A stretch of DNA of 63,331 bases, counting the filler, from Gonapodya sp. JEL0774 (taxonomy: Eukaryota): the NCBI GenBank assembly GCA_027604505.1. It is 16 parts of 16 records of this genome, joined end to end, with 100 filler letters (N's around TTAATTAATTAA, not from the genome) between each part and the next. Parts side by side here need not be neighbours in the genome. Positions count along the whole stretch, not along the records: positions 35,775 to 39,632 come from JADIIX010001124.1; positions 39,733 to 43,586 come from JADIIX010001125.1; positions 43,687 to 47,540 come from JADIIX010001126.1; positions 47,641 to 51,491 come from JADIIX010001127.1; 12 more parts are not named here. One strand, written 5' to 3'. The translations under genes and the position numbers were made by a program. This document shows positions 37,770-50,390 of this stretch, piece by piece (positions within the stretch are counted from its first letter, which is position 1; each line of letters opens with the position of its first letter). The notes below the pieces were generated by a model that was given only the letters and a program-made list of their open reading frames with translations, was not told the origin of the DNA and did not search any database.

Positions 37770-39315
37770 CTAACCCACAACACCCCGAACTCTCGCGGCT
37801 TGTGCGATTTGAGTACCTGCCCAACCGCCTGCAGTGGCAGGCCTCCCTCTCGGCGCTTGAGCAGTCTGCCATTGGCTTCCTGACACTCCAGAGCTCGATC
37901 CCATTACTGAGACTCTTTGGGCACCTTCTTGACTTAGCATAGACCGCGAGTACGGCACCGCGGACGAAGCACCCGAGGAGGATGAAGGGGGTGCCGGGCG
38001 GGCCACCCATGGCTGCCGTTGATTGCTAGTCATAGATGTGGATGGTCGGGCTGGGGCCACTGACGAAGTTCCAGGACGGGAGGCGGGCGGGAGGAAAGAT
38101 TGAGTCCCGTGCCCCATGGGTCTCCCCATGCTGACGTGCCCCTGCAGGTTCGATCGGGTGTCCCACATAGAGCTCGGTGACGAGATCATGCCCATCGAAG
38201 TTTCTGGTCGATTTGCTGGGAGGGTAAGTCGTCCCAATCGGTGAGGAGTGGCTGAGCTGGAAGATGTCGAAGCTGAAGACGCGGGACGAGAAGGAGAGGG
38301 GTGTGCAGATACAGCACTGAAACGGCTGACGTGGGAAGGTGAGAATCTTTGAGATCCACTGAATCCATTCGGTGCGGAGTATGATCTGCTTGAATTGCAA
38401 GAACCATTCTTGTAAATTGAGAAGGCGGAGAGTGGCTGGCGCATTCCGACTCCTCAAAGCTTCCCTAACTTACCTACTACTGCCTCGTTCATCTAATCCC
38501 ATCATGTGGTCTTGTGCCTCTCCCATCATCGAGTCAGTTTGTCCAGCCCTGCCGAGATCTCTCGTGCTTATGTTGGACACTCTACCCGTTTCGATCAGCG
38601 CCTGCCTCAACCTGCCGACTTCGAGCTGAAGCCGTTCCCGCTCGTCACGCTCCCGCTCATACTGAGCATTGAGAGCTTTATACTTGGATTGCAGGTTGGC
38701 AAGGGATCTGGGGTTAATGGGGCAAAGCTACGGGTTATTGCAGGATCAAGGCTTTTGGAAACCGCGGTGATCAGCAGTCATCTGCTATCCAAAACGCCGG
38801 AAACCAGATCGGACGCCAAATAGATGTACAGAGATGGGTCTATATGGGAACTCACTCTTTTGTGTCCTTTCCCCGCTTTATCTCCTCTGTACTTCTCACA
38901 AGGAGATCTTGTTGATCACGGACCTTGGACTTGAGATAACGAATCAGACGAACAGAAGATGTTGTTTGCAGCTGCAAGCATTTGCCGGTATAGTTTAGAC
39001 GTGTGGATCATTGTCGAGATTGGTTGTGTGTGACGAAAAGATTCAGATGCCAGCATGTTTGCGAAGCGACAGAATGGAGAACAGTTGGAGCACATGTCAA
39101 ATTGCATTAGCATTGTAAATGTATGTGCTTACTCGGTACGCGGCCAGGGCATTCTCGATTTGAGCAAGTGGGGATTGAAAATATCGTAGGATGTCGTCTG
39201 GGAAGTGAGGAACGCTAGGCGAGATTCGATATCTTACCGACATTCCAATGTCGTATGCCAAATCCTCGGATGCTCCTATTGAATTCTTCGCTGGTGATTC
39301 GTGGACCGGTGCCAT
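37770..39315 (-). CDS. Coiled-coil plus S/P/R-rich protein, possibly Zip3/RNF212-like
   Basis: Spliced: DDILRYFQSPLAQIENALAAYR|LQTTSSVRLIRYLKSKVRDQQDLL...|SLANLQSKYKALNAQYERERDERERLQLEV, then ORF 37770-38444. Both ends uncertain; no RING seen in the window. Confidence 0.5.
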
Positions 39316-39732
39316 TTCAATTCCAGTTTTGAGTTTTGAGTTCGAGAATCGAGAAGAGAACACTATCCGGATCTCCAGAAATGGAAAATAGCGTTAGAGA
39401 GATTGTAAGCTCAAGGTAGAAGTGACGAGCTGATTGTCTAAGGATGAGAGAGCTCCCTCCCTGGGAGAAGTGGTCCGTGCACCTCATGAATTCGGTGGGA
39501 TTCTCATCCAAACGTGATGATCACAAGTATCCTGGACAATCGCAGAAGTAGTAGACCAGACATGTTCCTAACTATGCTATTTGTGGTTTCTTAGAGTTGT
39601 GTCTCAAATACGCACCCAGCAACTGTGAACACNNNNNNNNNNNNNNNNNNNNNNNNNNNNNNNNNNNNNNNNNNNNTTAATTAATTAANNNNNNNNNNNN
39701 NNNNNNNNNNNNNNNNNNNNNNNNNNNNNNNN

Positions 39733-42700
39733 CTCCAGGTCGAATACGAAGTGGTCCGCGACGCCGAAAACAACTGCATCACCGTCTGCAACATGGAAAA
39801 CTTCGACCCCCTGGGCGTCCACACCGGGGACTCGATCGTGGTGGCCCCTTCGCAGACCCTCTCGGACCAAGAATACCACATGCTCCGCACGGCGGCTATA
39901 AAGATCATCAGGCACTTGGGCGTCGTAGGGGAATGTAACGTCCAGTACGCACTCAGTCCCGATAGCTTGGAGTACGCAGTCATCGAGGTCAACGCGAGGT
40001 TGTCCAGGTCCAGGTGAGAGGGAGCGGTGCAGGCCCCGAGTGGAGGATTATCCGTTTCGGTGTTATTTTTTTTTCCGAAGGCGTTGACGCGCTTGTATCT
40101 CTTGTCTCGCCGTAGTGCTCTCGCCTCGAAAGCCACGGGATACCCGCTGGCCTTTGTTGCCGCCAAGATCGGTCTGGGTGCGTCGCTCCCGGACTTGCGT
40201 AACTCGGTCACACGCTCGACCACGGCCAACTTTGAGCCCAGTCTAGATTACATTGTGTGTAAGATTCCTCGGTGAGTTTTGAGTGGGGCCCCCCACCCCG
40301 GGAGTGTTCCCGAACAGTATATGTGGAAAGGGGTCAACTGGTTGACGTTGATATTGTTGCCCCCTGGGGTATTTCGTAGATGGGACTTGGCAAAGTTCAA
40401 CCACGTGTCCCGTGAAATTGGAACGTCCATGAAGAGTGTGGGAGAAGTGATGGCCATCGGTCGGTCGTTCGAGGAAGCGCTCCAAAAGGTACGATGACCG
40501 TACGACCCTTCACATTGTCGACGAAACTATCCGCATATCCTACACTCACTTCGTGGTTTTGGTGTTTGTTTTTTTTTGGCCCAGGCCATTCGAATGGTTG
40601 ATCCTGGCTTCCCTGGTTTCGAGGCGGTGGCGCTTCCCAAGGGGGATTTGGACAAGAACATCACCCAGCCCAACGACCGCCGGCTGTTCGCGATTGCAGA
40701 TGCGATGATCAACAAAGGATAGTGAGTGGTCCTACTCGAATTTTTTTTTCAAACTGCCTACCTGGGTTGGGTAGTGATGTGGGATGCTCGTTGGTCTCCT
40801 CCACTCTCAAGCTCCGTCGACAAGATCCACGACATGACCAAGATCGACAAGTGGTTCCTCCACAAGCTCCAAAACATCATCGATGTCCGCAGGCAGCTCG
40901 AAAAGTTCCGCGGCCCTCAGAACGTCGTGGAGGTCGTGGACGTGTCCACCACCCCACCCACGGTGCAGACCGCGTACGATCTCGCCAGCTCCACGATCCC
41001 TCGCGACCTGTTGTCCAAAGCGAAAAAAGTCGGGTTTTCCGACCCGCAGATCGCCACGTATACCAAATCGACCGAGTACGCCGTCAGGAACCTTCGCAAG
41101 TCGTTTGGGATCGTGCCCATCGTTAAGAGGATCGACACCCTCGCAGCAGAGTTCCCGGCGTCGACGAATTACTTGTACACGACTTATAATGCTACCAAGA
41201 ACGACGTGGAGTTTGAGGATAAGGGGATCATGGTGTTGGGAAGTGGGGTGTATCGGATCGGGTCGTCTGTCGAGTTCGACTGGTGAGTTGTGTTCTTGGT
41301 GCCTCGATTTGGATATGGTCATGATGAGTCGGTGACGTTTACTTTGTACTGTCTTGTTTACAGGTGCGGTGTCTCTACCATTCGCGCCCTCAAGGAGCTC
41401 GGCCACCACACCGTCATGGTGAACTACAACCCCGAAACCGTGTCCACTGACTTCGACGAATGCGATCGTCTTTACTTTGAGGAGCTGTCCCTCGAACGCG
41501 TGCTCGACATTTACGAGCTGGAAGCAGCCTCGGGCGTGGTCGTCAGCGTGGGCGGTCAACTCCCTCAAAACATCGCGCTCAAACTGTGGAACCGGGGTGT
41601 CTCGGTGCTCGGAACAAGTCCGGTGGATGTGGATCGGGCAGAAGACCGAGAAAAGTTTTCAAAGACGCTCGACTCCATCAATGTAGACCAGCCGGATTGG
41701 AAGGAACTCAAGAGTACCCAGGAGGCGCTACAGTTCGCTGAGCGGGTCGGGTGAGTTTGATTATGGTCCGGGTTGGTGCCTTGCACTTCGATCGATTGAC
41801 TCACAGCTCAAATGAATGTCAGATACCCCGTCTTGGTCCGCCCGTCCTACGTCCTTTCCGGTGCAGCGATGCGAGTCTCGCACACACCAGAAGAACTGGA
41901 AACGTTCTTGAGTGTCGCAGCGGACGTGTCCAACGAGCACCCTGTCGTCATCAGCAAGTTTATCGCCGGCGCTGGAGAACTTGACGTTGACGCGGTCGCC
42001 AAGGATGGGAAGTTGTTGGTGTACGCACTCTCACAGCACATTGAAAACGCGGGCGTTCACAGTGGGGACGCAACTCTGGTGAGTGCTGAAGGCGGCCACG
42101 CAAATCATGCAGAGCCTCACTTAGCAGTGGCATGTCGACTTTATCATACTCTAGGTCCTTCCACCGGAAATCGTTTCGGATGCTGAGGCGGCCAAGGCAT
42201 TCCACAACCCTGTTGGCATGAAGCCTCTCACTGCCTCTGTTCTCGCTGACTGCAAAGTAATCGCCGAGAAAGTGGCCCAAGCGTTCAACATCACCGGTCC
42301 CTTCAACATGCAGATCATCAAGAGGGATCTCCCACAAACCGACTCATCCAAGCCTCCACCGTACGAGCTCAAAGTCATCGAATGCAACCTTCGTGCTTCT
42401 CGATCGTTCCCGTTCGTCTCGAAAACTCTGGACTTCAACTTCATCGACATTGCGACCAAGGCGCTGGTGAATCACCCCAGTGCCGTCGCGCCTGATCAAG
42501 ATCTCATGACCGTGGACCGCGATTACAAATGTGTGAAGATTCCTATTTTTTCGTGGACCCGTCTCGCTGGAGCGGATCCTATGCTCGGTGTCGAGATGGC
42601 ATCGACCGGCGAGGTGGCGTGCTTTGGAAAGGACATGCACGAAAGTTTCATCGTCGGTACTCTTTCGAACCACAACAATATTCGTAGCTTACCTCTCGCC

Positions 42701-43168
42701 AAAGGCTCGGCTGTCGTTGTCGGAAGGGATCGACTTACCAACAGCGCCGAGTTCACGCACGTATGCAAATCGCTAGCCCGCCAAGGGTACCGAATTCTCA
42801 CGGATTCCGAAGAAACAGCTTCATCGTTGAAGAAGGAAGGTGTTTCGCAGGTAGCGCCGCTGGCAGGAGATGTAAAGGCCCTTTTGGCAGATCGGAAGTT
42901 GGCTCGGGATTACTTCAAGGAACAGCAAGTTGCCCTGACAGTCAATCTTGCCCGAGAGCGACCATCTACCACGGATGACTTGAACTATCTGATGAGGAGG
43001 ACGAGTGTGGATCTCGGAGTCGGGATTATCAACGACTCGAAAATCGCATGTGTGTTTGTGGACGCATTGGAGCGGTACAACACTGGGGACCTTGTAAAAG
43101 CAAATGCCGCAAAGAGCTGGAAGTCTTGGGTGCGGCCGGACCCAGAGCTCGCAGTGAAGTTAAATTAG
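39733..43168 (+). CDS. CPA2: Arginine-specific carbamoyl-phosphate synthetase large subunit, 3' part
   Basis: VEYEVVRD...[86 protein letters not shown]. Ends after the MGS-like domain with no DHOase/ATCase, so it is not URA2. Confidence 0.95.
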
Positions 43169-43686
43169 ACATGAAGGCGGTCCACGCACGCGGTTCTAGT
43201 TACACTCGATCGATAGAATTTTGATCTTACAATATGTACAGTCACTATCGCGAGAATATCGAACTTCTCCTCAAAAGCATGCTTTTCTACCTGTCGACAG
43301 TCAGATGACGAACTAGAACTGCGCACGCTAATTTCGGTCAATGTTACTATTGTTTCATGTTACAGTAAAATTACAAAAGTTACACAACGCATTATTGTAT
43401 TTTTTGTGGTTTATGTAAAGTTACGATGTCGAAATCCAGTTCGACTTGAGCAAGCAAAACTTGGACGGAGTTCAGCCATGGCCCGAGAGTATTCGTGCAT
43501 ATTTACAGTGTTCAGGCTCTTTCCACACCACCGACAAAGTGTATGCAACCCGTGCCGTCTACATTCCGGAAACATCTCTAGATCCGNNNNNNNNNNNNNN
43601 NNNNNNNNNNNNNNNNNNNNNNNNNNNNNNTTAATTAATTAANNNNNNNNNNNNNNNNNNNNNNNNNNNNNNNNNNNNNNNNNNNN

Positions 43687-44132
43687 CGCTGGCAAGGACT
43701 TGAGCTTCCTGACTAAGATTGGTGAGTTCGAGTACATACGAGTAGGACAGAAGGATGGATGTACAGAGAGATGTTCAGTCCAACTGTACTCTCGGAGCTC
43801 ACATGCTCTGCGATGAACTTTGATGCACTTCGTCCACTTGCCCGTTTACATCTCCCTAACATGCACCTCATCCAATCACTCGCCCAGGCGCTTCTCCCGC
43901 CCCTGCCGCCGCTGCTGCCGCCCCCGCTGCTGCTGCCCCTGCCGCCGCGGCCTCTGCACCTGCCGGAAAGGCCGAGGCTAAGAAAGAAGCACCCAAGGTT
44001 GAGGAGAAGGAAGAGGAGGAGGAGGACATGGGTTTCGGTCGGTGGCACACTGTGTGCTCTTCCACCATCGCATTCGGCTCATCTAATCGGTTCTCCCTGT
44101 TATCGCGTTCCCATATAGGTCTCTTCGACTAA
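43687..44132 (+). CDS. RPP1: 60S acidic ribosomal stalk protein, P1-type, 3' part
   Basis: AGKDLSFLTKI|GASPAPAAAAAAPAAAAP...KVEEKEEEEEDMGF|GLFD*. Lacks the P2-type LIAEG.KLASVP segment. Confidence 0.85.
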
Positions 44133-44858
44133 ACTCACTCACACGTCACCTTCGGTTCACCGCGATCATCTGGCCCCTTTGAGATTTCCCGCCCCCCGTC
44201 GCACCTATCCCGCTCTGGCGGTTTTCACTTGCGCATCGTTCCAGTCTCCCTTTGCATCCACTAGGGCTGCAGCATGTGTGTCTTTGGATGGTTCATGGTG
44301 GAGTGCTTTTGTGTAGAGTAAATCGTGTAGTGTTGGTGGGGAAAGACGGGTGGTGGTGTGGGAATAAAATCTCGTGCCCTTAACAAACTTCTTAAAAAGA
44401 CCCTTCCGTGCCTGAAATATGTAGCGTTCTAGGGTAACACGCGCCGTGATGTTTGGCGTGTTCCCGAATCGTTGAGCACACGTCTTGATGGATCACCTTG
44501 ATCTTCTGCTCCAAGGCCATCATTCGAGTTCCGTATCTATGTTGTGATTCACGGGGCCTTGTGTAGTGTTGATCTTCGCACATGACCACACTTCGCAGGT
44601 TCGCAGAGTTTGCCCTTCTTCCAGGTCCTCCCAGGTTTTTGGATTCACAGTAGTTCGAGTAAATCTTGAAGTCCTGCGAGAAAGAGGTAAGAACCTGGGG
44701 GTATCGATTATAGGCAGGGAGCGGCAACCTGACGATTCAGTGGTCCATATTTGCGGTTTTCATGACTGACATCATACTCAATTCCACTTCCGACCTAATT
44801 TCGGCAAAGAAGACAGCACAACTAAGAACTCATCCCATCTCTCTTTACATCTAAGCCC

Positions 44859-45491
44859 ATGATCAACGCGATCTCCATCGCCATCATCCTGACGGTCCTT
44901 CTCTTAGTGGCCCCATTCGCCCTCTTCCAGCTTCGTTCCACCAATAGCAGTCCTCCCACCGATCGCCCCCACCCCTGTGACCCAAAGAATCTCTCGCAAG
45001 TACCGATGGCTCCATCGCCACCTCCCGTTGCCAAATCTGCGAACTCTATGCGCACGACACCGACCCTGGTGTCAGAACTGACCTCAGTCCTCGCAGCAAA
45101 ATCCCACCTCAACCTCCGGTGTTCAAACCTAGAAAGTGTTGGTACCAACACCGCCAAGACCAGGTTGTCCGCCACCACGGCTGTGATATCACATGAGGCG
45201 GTATGGTCGTACGGCGTGATGGGGAAAGGAGACTTAGTTGAAGCGTTGGCGAATTTAAGGAAGGTCAAGGCAGATCAGGGTCTCGCCGGACCGGAGGTGC
45301 TCTTGCAACCGGATTTGAAGCTTCCTGGTTGCACGACTGATCTGGAGCTAGTGAACCTCGTGGCACCCTCTGATGTGCACAAAAGTGAGGTGAAGGAGGT
45401 GGAGATGGTGCAGGAGGCAGAAGGTGATTTTTGGGAGGGAATAACTATCTTGGGAGAGTGCGTGATGATGGCGGGTATGCTGCTTGGATAA
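44859..45491 (+). CDS. Orphan intronless protein with N-terminal TM/signal, copy 1
   Basis: 210-aa ORF: hydrophobic N-terminus, PSPPP, LVSELTSVL...LNLRCS, VMGKGDLVEALANLRKV. Colinear with the ORF at 46161. Confidence 0.65.
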   Translation: MINAISIAIILTVLLLVAPFALFQLRSTNSSPPTDRPHPCDPKNLSQVPMAPSPPPVAKSANSMRTTPTLVSELTSVLAAKSHLNLRCSNLESVGTNTAKTRLSATTAVISHEAVWSYGVMGKGDLVEALANLRKVKADQGLAGPEVLLQPDLKLPGCTTDLELVNLVAPSDVHKSEVKEVEMVQEAEGDFWEGITILGECVMMAGMLLG

Positions 45492-46160
45492 TCGGGCTCG
45501 ACCCCTCGTAGAGAATCAGTGTCAACACATCTGGCACCTCCGCTCCAAGCAATATGTACTTATTTGGAGCAAAAGGAGTTCTTTATTATCGTAGAAAATA
45601 CAGCGAAGATCGTTTTCCGATCAAAAGAGCAGCTGATGTTGTTCTTATCCACGACACTATAAGCCCGAAACTCAGGGGGGCAGAACATCTACACCCTGCA
45701 AGACGTAACCCCAAAAAATCAGCTAAGGAAGATGAGAACGCAGGTAGAGAACCAAGGATCTGTTGAGAGGCACAGGATTTTGGCACCTGCAATTGCGCAT
45801 GATTGTTGATCATAGAGGAGGATTGAATCATTGCCAAACTACAAAGCTTTCACTTTCTTCGTCTTGAGGTTTTATGTGTAGGCCTTTCCCACCATCACCT
45901 CACTTGCCGGTGCCATCTATATTACTCTTCGTCCGATCCGCCAACTTTGGAAGGTTTGCTCCCCTAAGGTCCCAGGCTTCCCAAGTTTTGCATTCACTGC
46001 TACTAGAGCATGTCAAACATTCCCTGGGGAGCAAACATAAGTAGCCTGGAGAGAAGATTTGATTGATCTATGACGATTCGAATCGTTCTCGCAGCTGATC
46101 ACAATTTCATCTGTTTCCACTTTCTACCACTTTGCCATTAAGTCGACATTTCATCCTCAC

Positions 46161-46812
46161 ATGATCACCACTACCACTAACCTCCTTACCCTCATTGTCA
46201 CCGGCATCATCTTGGTTGGTAGTGCAGTCGTCATGCTCCAGGTTGGAGCTCACAAACACAGTCCTAGTCTTGCCAATCTTTCGTTAATACCTAGAGCACC
46301 ACCCCCACCTCCACTTCGAGTGCTTAAACCTGACCTCATGCCGATGATTGTGGTCTCGGAACTCACAAAGGTGCTCGCAAAGAATCCTCACCTGCACCTC
46401 CGTTGTTCAATTGGCGTGGGCGTTGGCATCAACACCGTCAAGACTATTTTGAACACCAACAGTCTGGTGGTGACGCAGGAATTGTTGTGGCCATACTGCG
46501 TGATGGGGAATGGAAAGCTGGCGAAGGCATTGGCGAGGCTGAGGAAGGTTGAGGTCAAGGGTTTGCCGGGATGCAAGAAAGTGCGAGGGGATGAAAAGCT
46601 CCTCGGGTCGAAGAGTGCGCAAGCTGGAGCTGCACATGCTGATGCACATTGAGAGCGAGGGTGTGACGCGAGAGGTGCAGCAGGTGGAGGAGGAGGGGGA
46701 GGAGATGCAAGGCAATCTATGGGCAGCAGTAAGTATGGGTGAATATATCACTAGTGGGTCACGACAACCGGCATGCCGTCGGGTTGGGCAGAGCTGGATC
46801 GGCAATTTATAA
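46161..46812 (+). pseudogene. Copy 2 of the orphan TM protein, apparently frameshifted
   Basis: Matches copy 1 up to LARLRKVEVK. The homologous tail (EVQQVEEEGEEMQGNLW...MGE vs EVEMVQEAEGDFW...LGE) lies in another frame (ORF 46549-46812). Confidence 0.55.
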
Positions 46813-47640
46813 ATGCGAATAAATCCGGTACCCCAGAAACATGCTAATATGTGTGCTGCTAGGAGGGAAGGCAAAGAATAAATGGCCAAGTACTGCAAGG
46901 AGTAATCAGATGCATAAATCCGGACTTCGAAACTTCGTGAACGCTTTCAAGCGACGAACGGAAGGGGACGTTTGTAGATCTGCTATTCTAAACTGCGATC
47001 ATAAGAGAAATACACTAAACGTCAGTGTTGTTTCGTTCCAGCTTTGGTCAAATTCCTTCCCCTTCACCTAGTCCTATCAGGCCTCTCTTCATTGATCATC
47101 CACTCTCAACTTCGAAGAATGCCCCGCAAGCCCGATCCGCTAAGAGAGCGAAGACAGAAAAGACAGAACTCTCGAAGTCAGGAACGGTGAGCTCCAGTTC
47201 TGCGGATTGTGAAGATGCTCGGATGAACGATTTTATACGCTCCCCTACGGCCTCTCCATTCAACTCAGAGCTGCGGACCGCATCAATCGATTGGAAAGTG
47301 TCTTGAAACTGTTGTCGAGCGCAATCAGTGATCGGGAGGGTCCTGCAGTGACTGGATCGGTTGTGCGGCCGATAAAGCGCACCAGGACTGGTAGTCAGTC
47401 GGTTTCAGAACATGTTGGTGCACCAGCTCGCTTCCAGGAGTCGCAGGGTGTACCGACATCTTCTGATCGAAATGATACACGAGAGTTTGGAGGGGATTCA
47501 GCGCTGGACGCTGTGATTCCTTCTTTGTTCGATTTCGATGNNNNNNNNNNNNNNNNNNNNNNNNNNNNNNNNNNNNNNNNNNNNTTAATTAATTAANNNN
47601 NNNNNNNNNNNNNNNNNNNNNNNNNNNNNNNNNNNNNNNN

Positions 47641-50120
47641 CTCATCTCCACATACTCTGCCGCCCAACGTAAAATGTCGGTATCCTTCGTGGCTGTATAG
47701 AGAAGCCACGCAGACTCCCAGAACTCAGGCCGTAGTGGGTACCTTGAGCGACCGGTAACCAGGCTTCCGTTGTGCCGAAGGTCAAACTGTTCGGGAAGCA
47801 GTGGAAGTCCACCCGTGTGGTGCGGTGACCGCCACAGGGACCCACCGGAGCGTGCAGCTCTTTGTCGCGCCCTGCGTTTGATTTCTTCGGCGTTAGCCAT
47901 AGCAACACGCTCCATCACTCCACGTGCCGCCATCAATTCGTCCTGGGCCTCAAGAAGATCACCGCGCAGAACCTTCAAACCCGGGAGAAACAAGCCGAGA
48001 GAGTGAAAGAACGGGGTAGCGATTGCACCATTCGCCATTTGGATGTCCAGGTGCAGGGGCCCGTGCTTGAGGTGGTTGCGAATGGCGGTGTACATCTACG
48101 ATTCAGGCGAGTAACAGGGAGTGATCCGAAAGATCTTCAAGTGATACTGGGAACGGTGCTTGACTCCAAGATTAACTCACCTCTCCACAACCCTTTGTTA
48201 CGGCACTCTCGTCTTCCACATCTGCCCATACCCATCCCAGTTTGCAGGCATATTCGTACGCACTATCGCTATCCGGGCCCGTTGTGGCGATCTCGTGAAT
48301 CCATGAACCTGAAGTGAGGTTGATATGGCCACCGAGGAGACCGAGTGGGCTTCTTTGGTGAAGGAGGGACAGGAGGGACAGGATGGGGGCTGGTATAGGG
48401 GCAAGAGATTAAAGACGAATGAGGAGCGATTCGAAATATTTGCACAAGAGAGATGTGAGGTACTGTCGGGAGATGTCGCAGAGCACCGAAGGCCGACACT
48501 AATGTCAAGAGCTCACGAGAATCGTCTGAACTCAGCCAGATCCTAGCACTTCACAGCTTCTCCCAAATCATCATCTAGGAAGCAAACTCGACACAACAAA
48601 CCTTCTTCGACCTCCCTATCGCCAGTTGCCACCCCCACCGCCCTCCATTCCAATGCCGCCGTCCCGACACATGCGGCACACACTGACGCTGTCTCACCGT
48701 CCGCAACACCACGAAGTAAGTTGACCGTGCCGTAGGGTAAAAGACGTGGCGTCTGGAATGCGGGCAGAATTCGGCGGGTGAGATGGTGAGAGGAGTGAAG
48801 CAGATGGGGAGACGTGGAATAGGTGGGGAGGAGCGGGTCCTTTGCTGAGGCCCTCCAATTGGTGGTCTTACTGCTTGGCACCTTCCGCTGCGCAGTGAGA
48901 CCACCAATAGCCGTCGAGTAGGGCGGTTCCAGTGCAATAAAATGTGCAGCCGCGAGGCCCCCGACTGCTCGAATGGTTGTCTCAAACACTGACACGTTAA
49001 CGTCCAATCGCGCCCTCCGAGACAAGCTCTCACTGTCAGTGGCGTTGGACATTATGGGACGGAAGTCCACCTGGTCCGTCTCGCGTACCAAGTCAACTGC
49101 GGCTGCAAAGAGCTCGTGCTCCCCAACAATGTGCAGCGTATCAAGTGAGTCAAGCAGGGTTATAGCCATGCCACCAAAATCGTCTATACCATCGCAAGAT
49201 ATGGGACGCAAAGAGTCTCGTGGATAAGCGTGGGCGAGATAGCCATGCAACGAGTGTAGTAGCATTGAGAGAACTCGAAGACGGTTGAGGTGGAAATGAG
49301 CAGAGGTGCCGGGGCGGAAGAAATTGGTAGAAGTGGAGAGAGTAGCAAGCTCGGCACGGATTTGCCGCTGTCGTTTTCGCGTTAGTGAGAAGAGGCGGGC
49401 GTATGCGGGAGTGACATCAGATTCGCTGGTTTGTGGATTGGCGAGACGATAAAGAGAGCTTGCAGTGTTAGGGTCCCCTTCATCATCGGTAGCGTCATTG
49501 TCGTATGAGAAACTGCTCGTGGATTTAGCAAATGCAGAACCAACAGTGAGCCAACTCTGCCATCTACTATATCGAAAACGGTCACTTTCGGTTGCTGTTC
49601 CAGCTCCGAGGCCCTCGCCAGAGCCAGGATCCCAATTGTCAATAATATCCGCGGGGGTCAGTGCTGGGGTCACAACCGGGTCGAACTCTAAGAATCTCAG
49701 TAATTGAGCCCGGGACCTGTCAATCACTGTCTTTGTAACTGCATCCACAGCCAATCGCATTGGGTCCGTGCTTGGTAGCACTGTTATCGCCATTATAGCG
49801 AAGAGAGTCAATTGCCAAAGCAGTCGCAGGAAGAGCTGAGCTGCCCGTAACAACCACGAGAAGAGTCCCCTGACCTCCTGCTGCCGGAAGCGATCGCGTG
49901 TTCGAGCGCCCGTCACTTCTTTATTCTCGCCACTAGCTTTTCCAGTCATGTTCTCGGAGCGACCAACATTCAATTCTGCCTCCCGAGGTTCCCCAGGAGT
50001 TTGATCTGAAGGTTGCGCTCCATCCTCCGCTTTCGCGCTTTCCCCTTCCCCAGAGTCCTCTTTAGTTTGCTCCCCTAGTATGTCTCCCTCGCCGACATTC
50101 ATTGAGGTTTGATGGGCCAT
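47641..50120 (-). CDS. EDEM/Mnl1-type GH47 alpha-1,2-mannosidase-like protein, 3' truncated
   Basis: YLAHAYPRDSLRPISC; TLLDSLDTL; VSVFETTIRAVGGL; LPAFQTP..LPYGTVNL..GV; DSAYEY; LPEQF; YPLRPEFWES. Long N-terminal extension with one TM-like segment. Confidence 0.9.
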
Positions 50121-50390
50121 TGCCAATCGGGCATATGATTGTGGGTTGAGCAAGTTGGTACGTACAATATATATGGGCGCAACCACCTCTTTCAACCCTC
50201 GAGCCAATGCATCGGTCGAAGTTTTGCAAACTCAACAAGCGGGAAATTCTCTTCAATGTTGATCGCGTAGAAGTTCTATCTCTGGGTCCACCCAGCGAAC
50301 CCGATTGGGGGAGCAAGGTGCACCCTTCATCTCCGCGTACGTGTCATCATTGCATTCTGCCGACCTTTCATATCCATATAATGGTCACAT

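Noticed and set aside
39733..43168. URA2/CAD multifunctional gene
   Set aside because: A stop follows the CPS domain, with no dihydroorotase or ATCase sequence.
46900..47540. Zn2Cys6 transcription factor remnant (VCRSAILNCDH; ADRINRLESVL)
   Set aside because: No complete six-Cys cluster and no convincing start.
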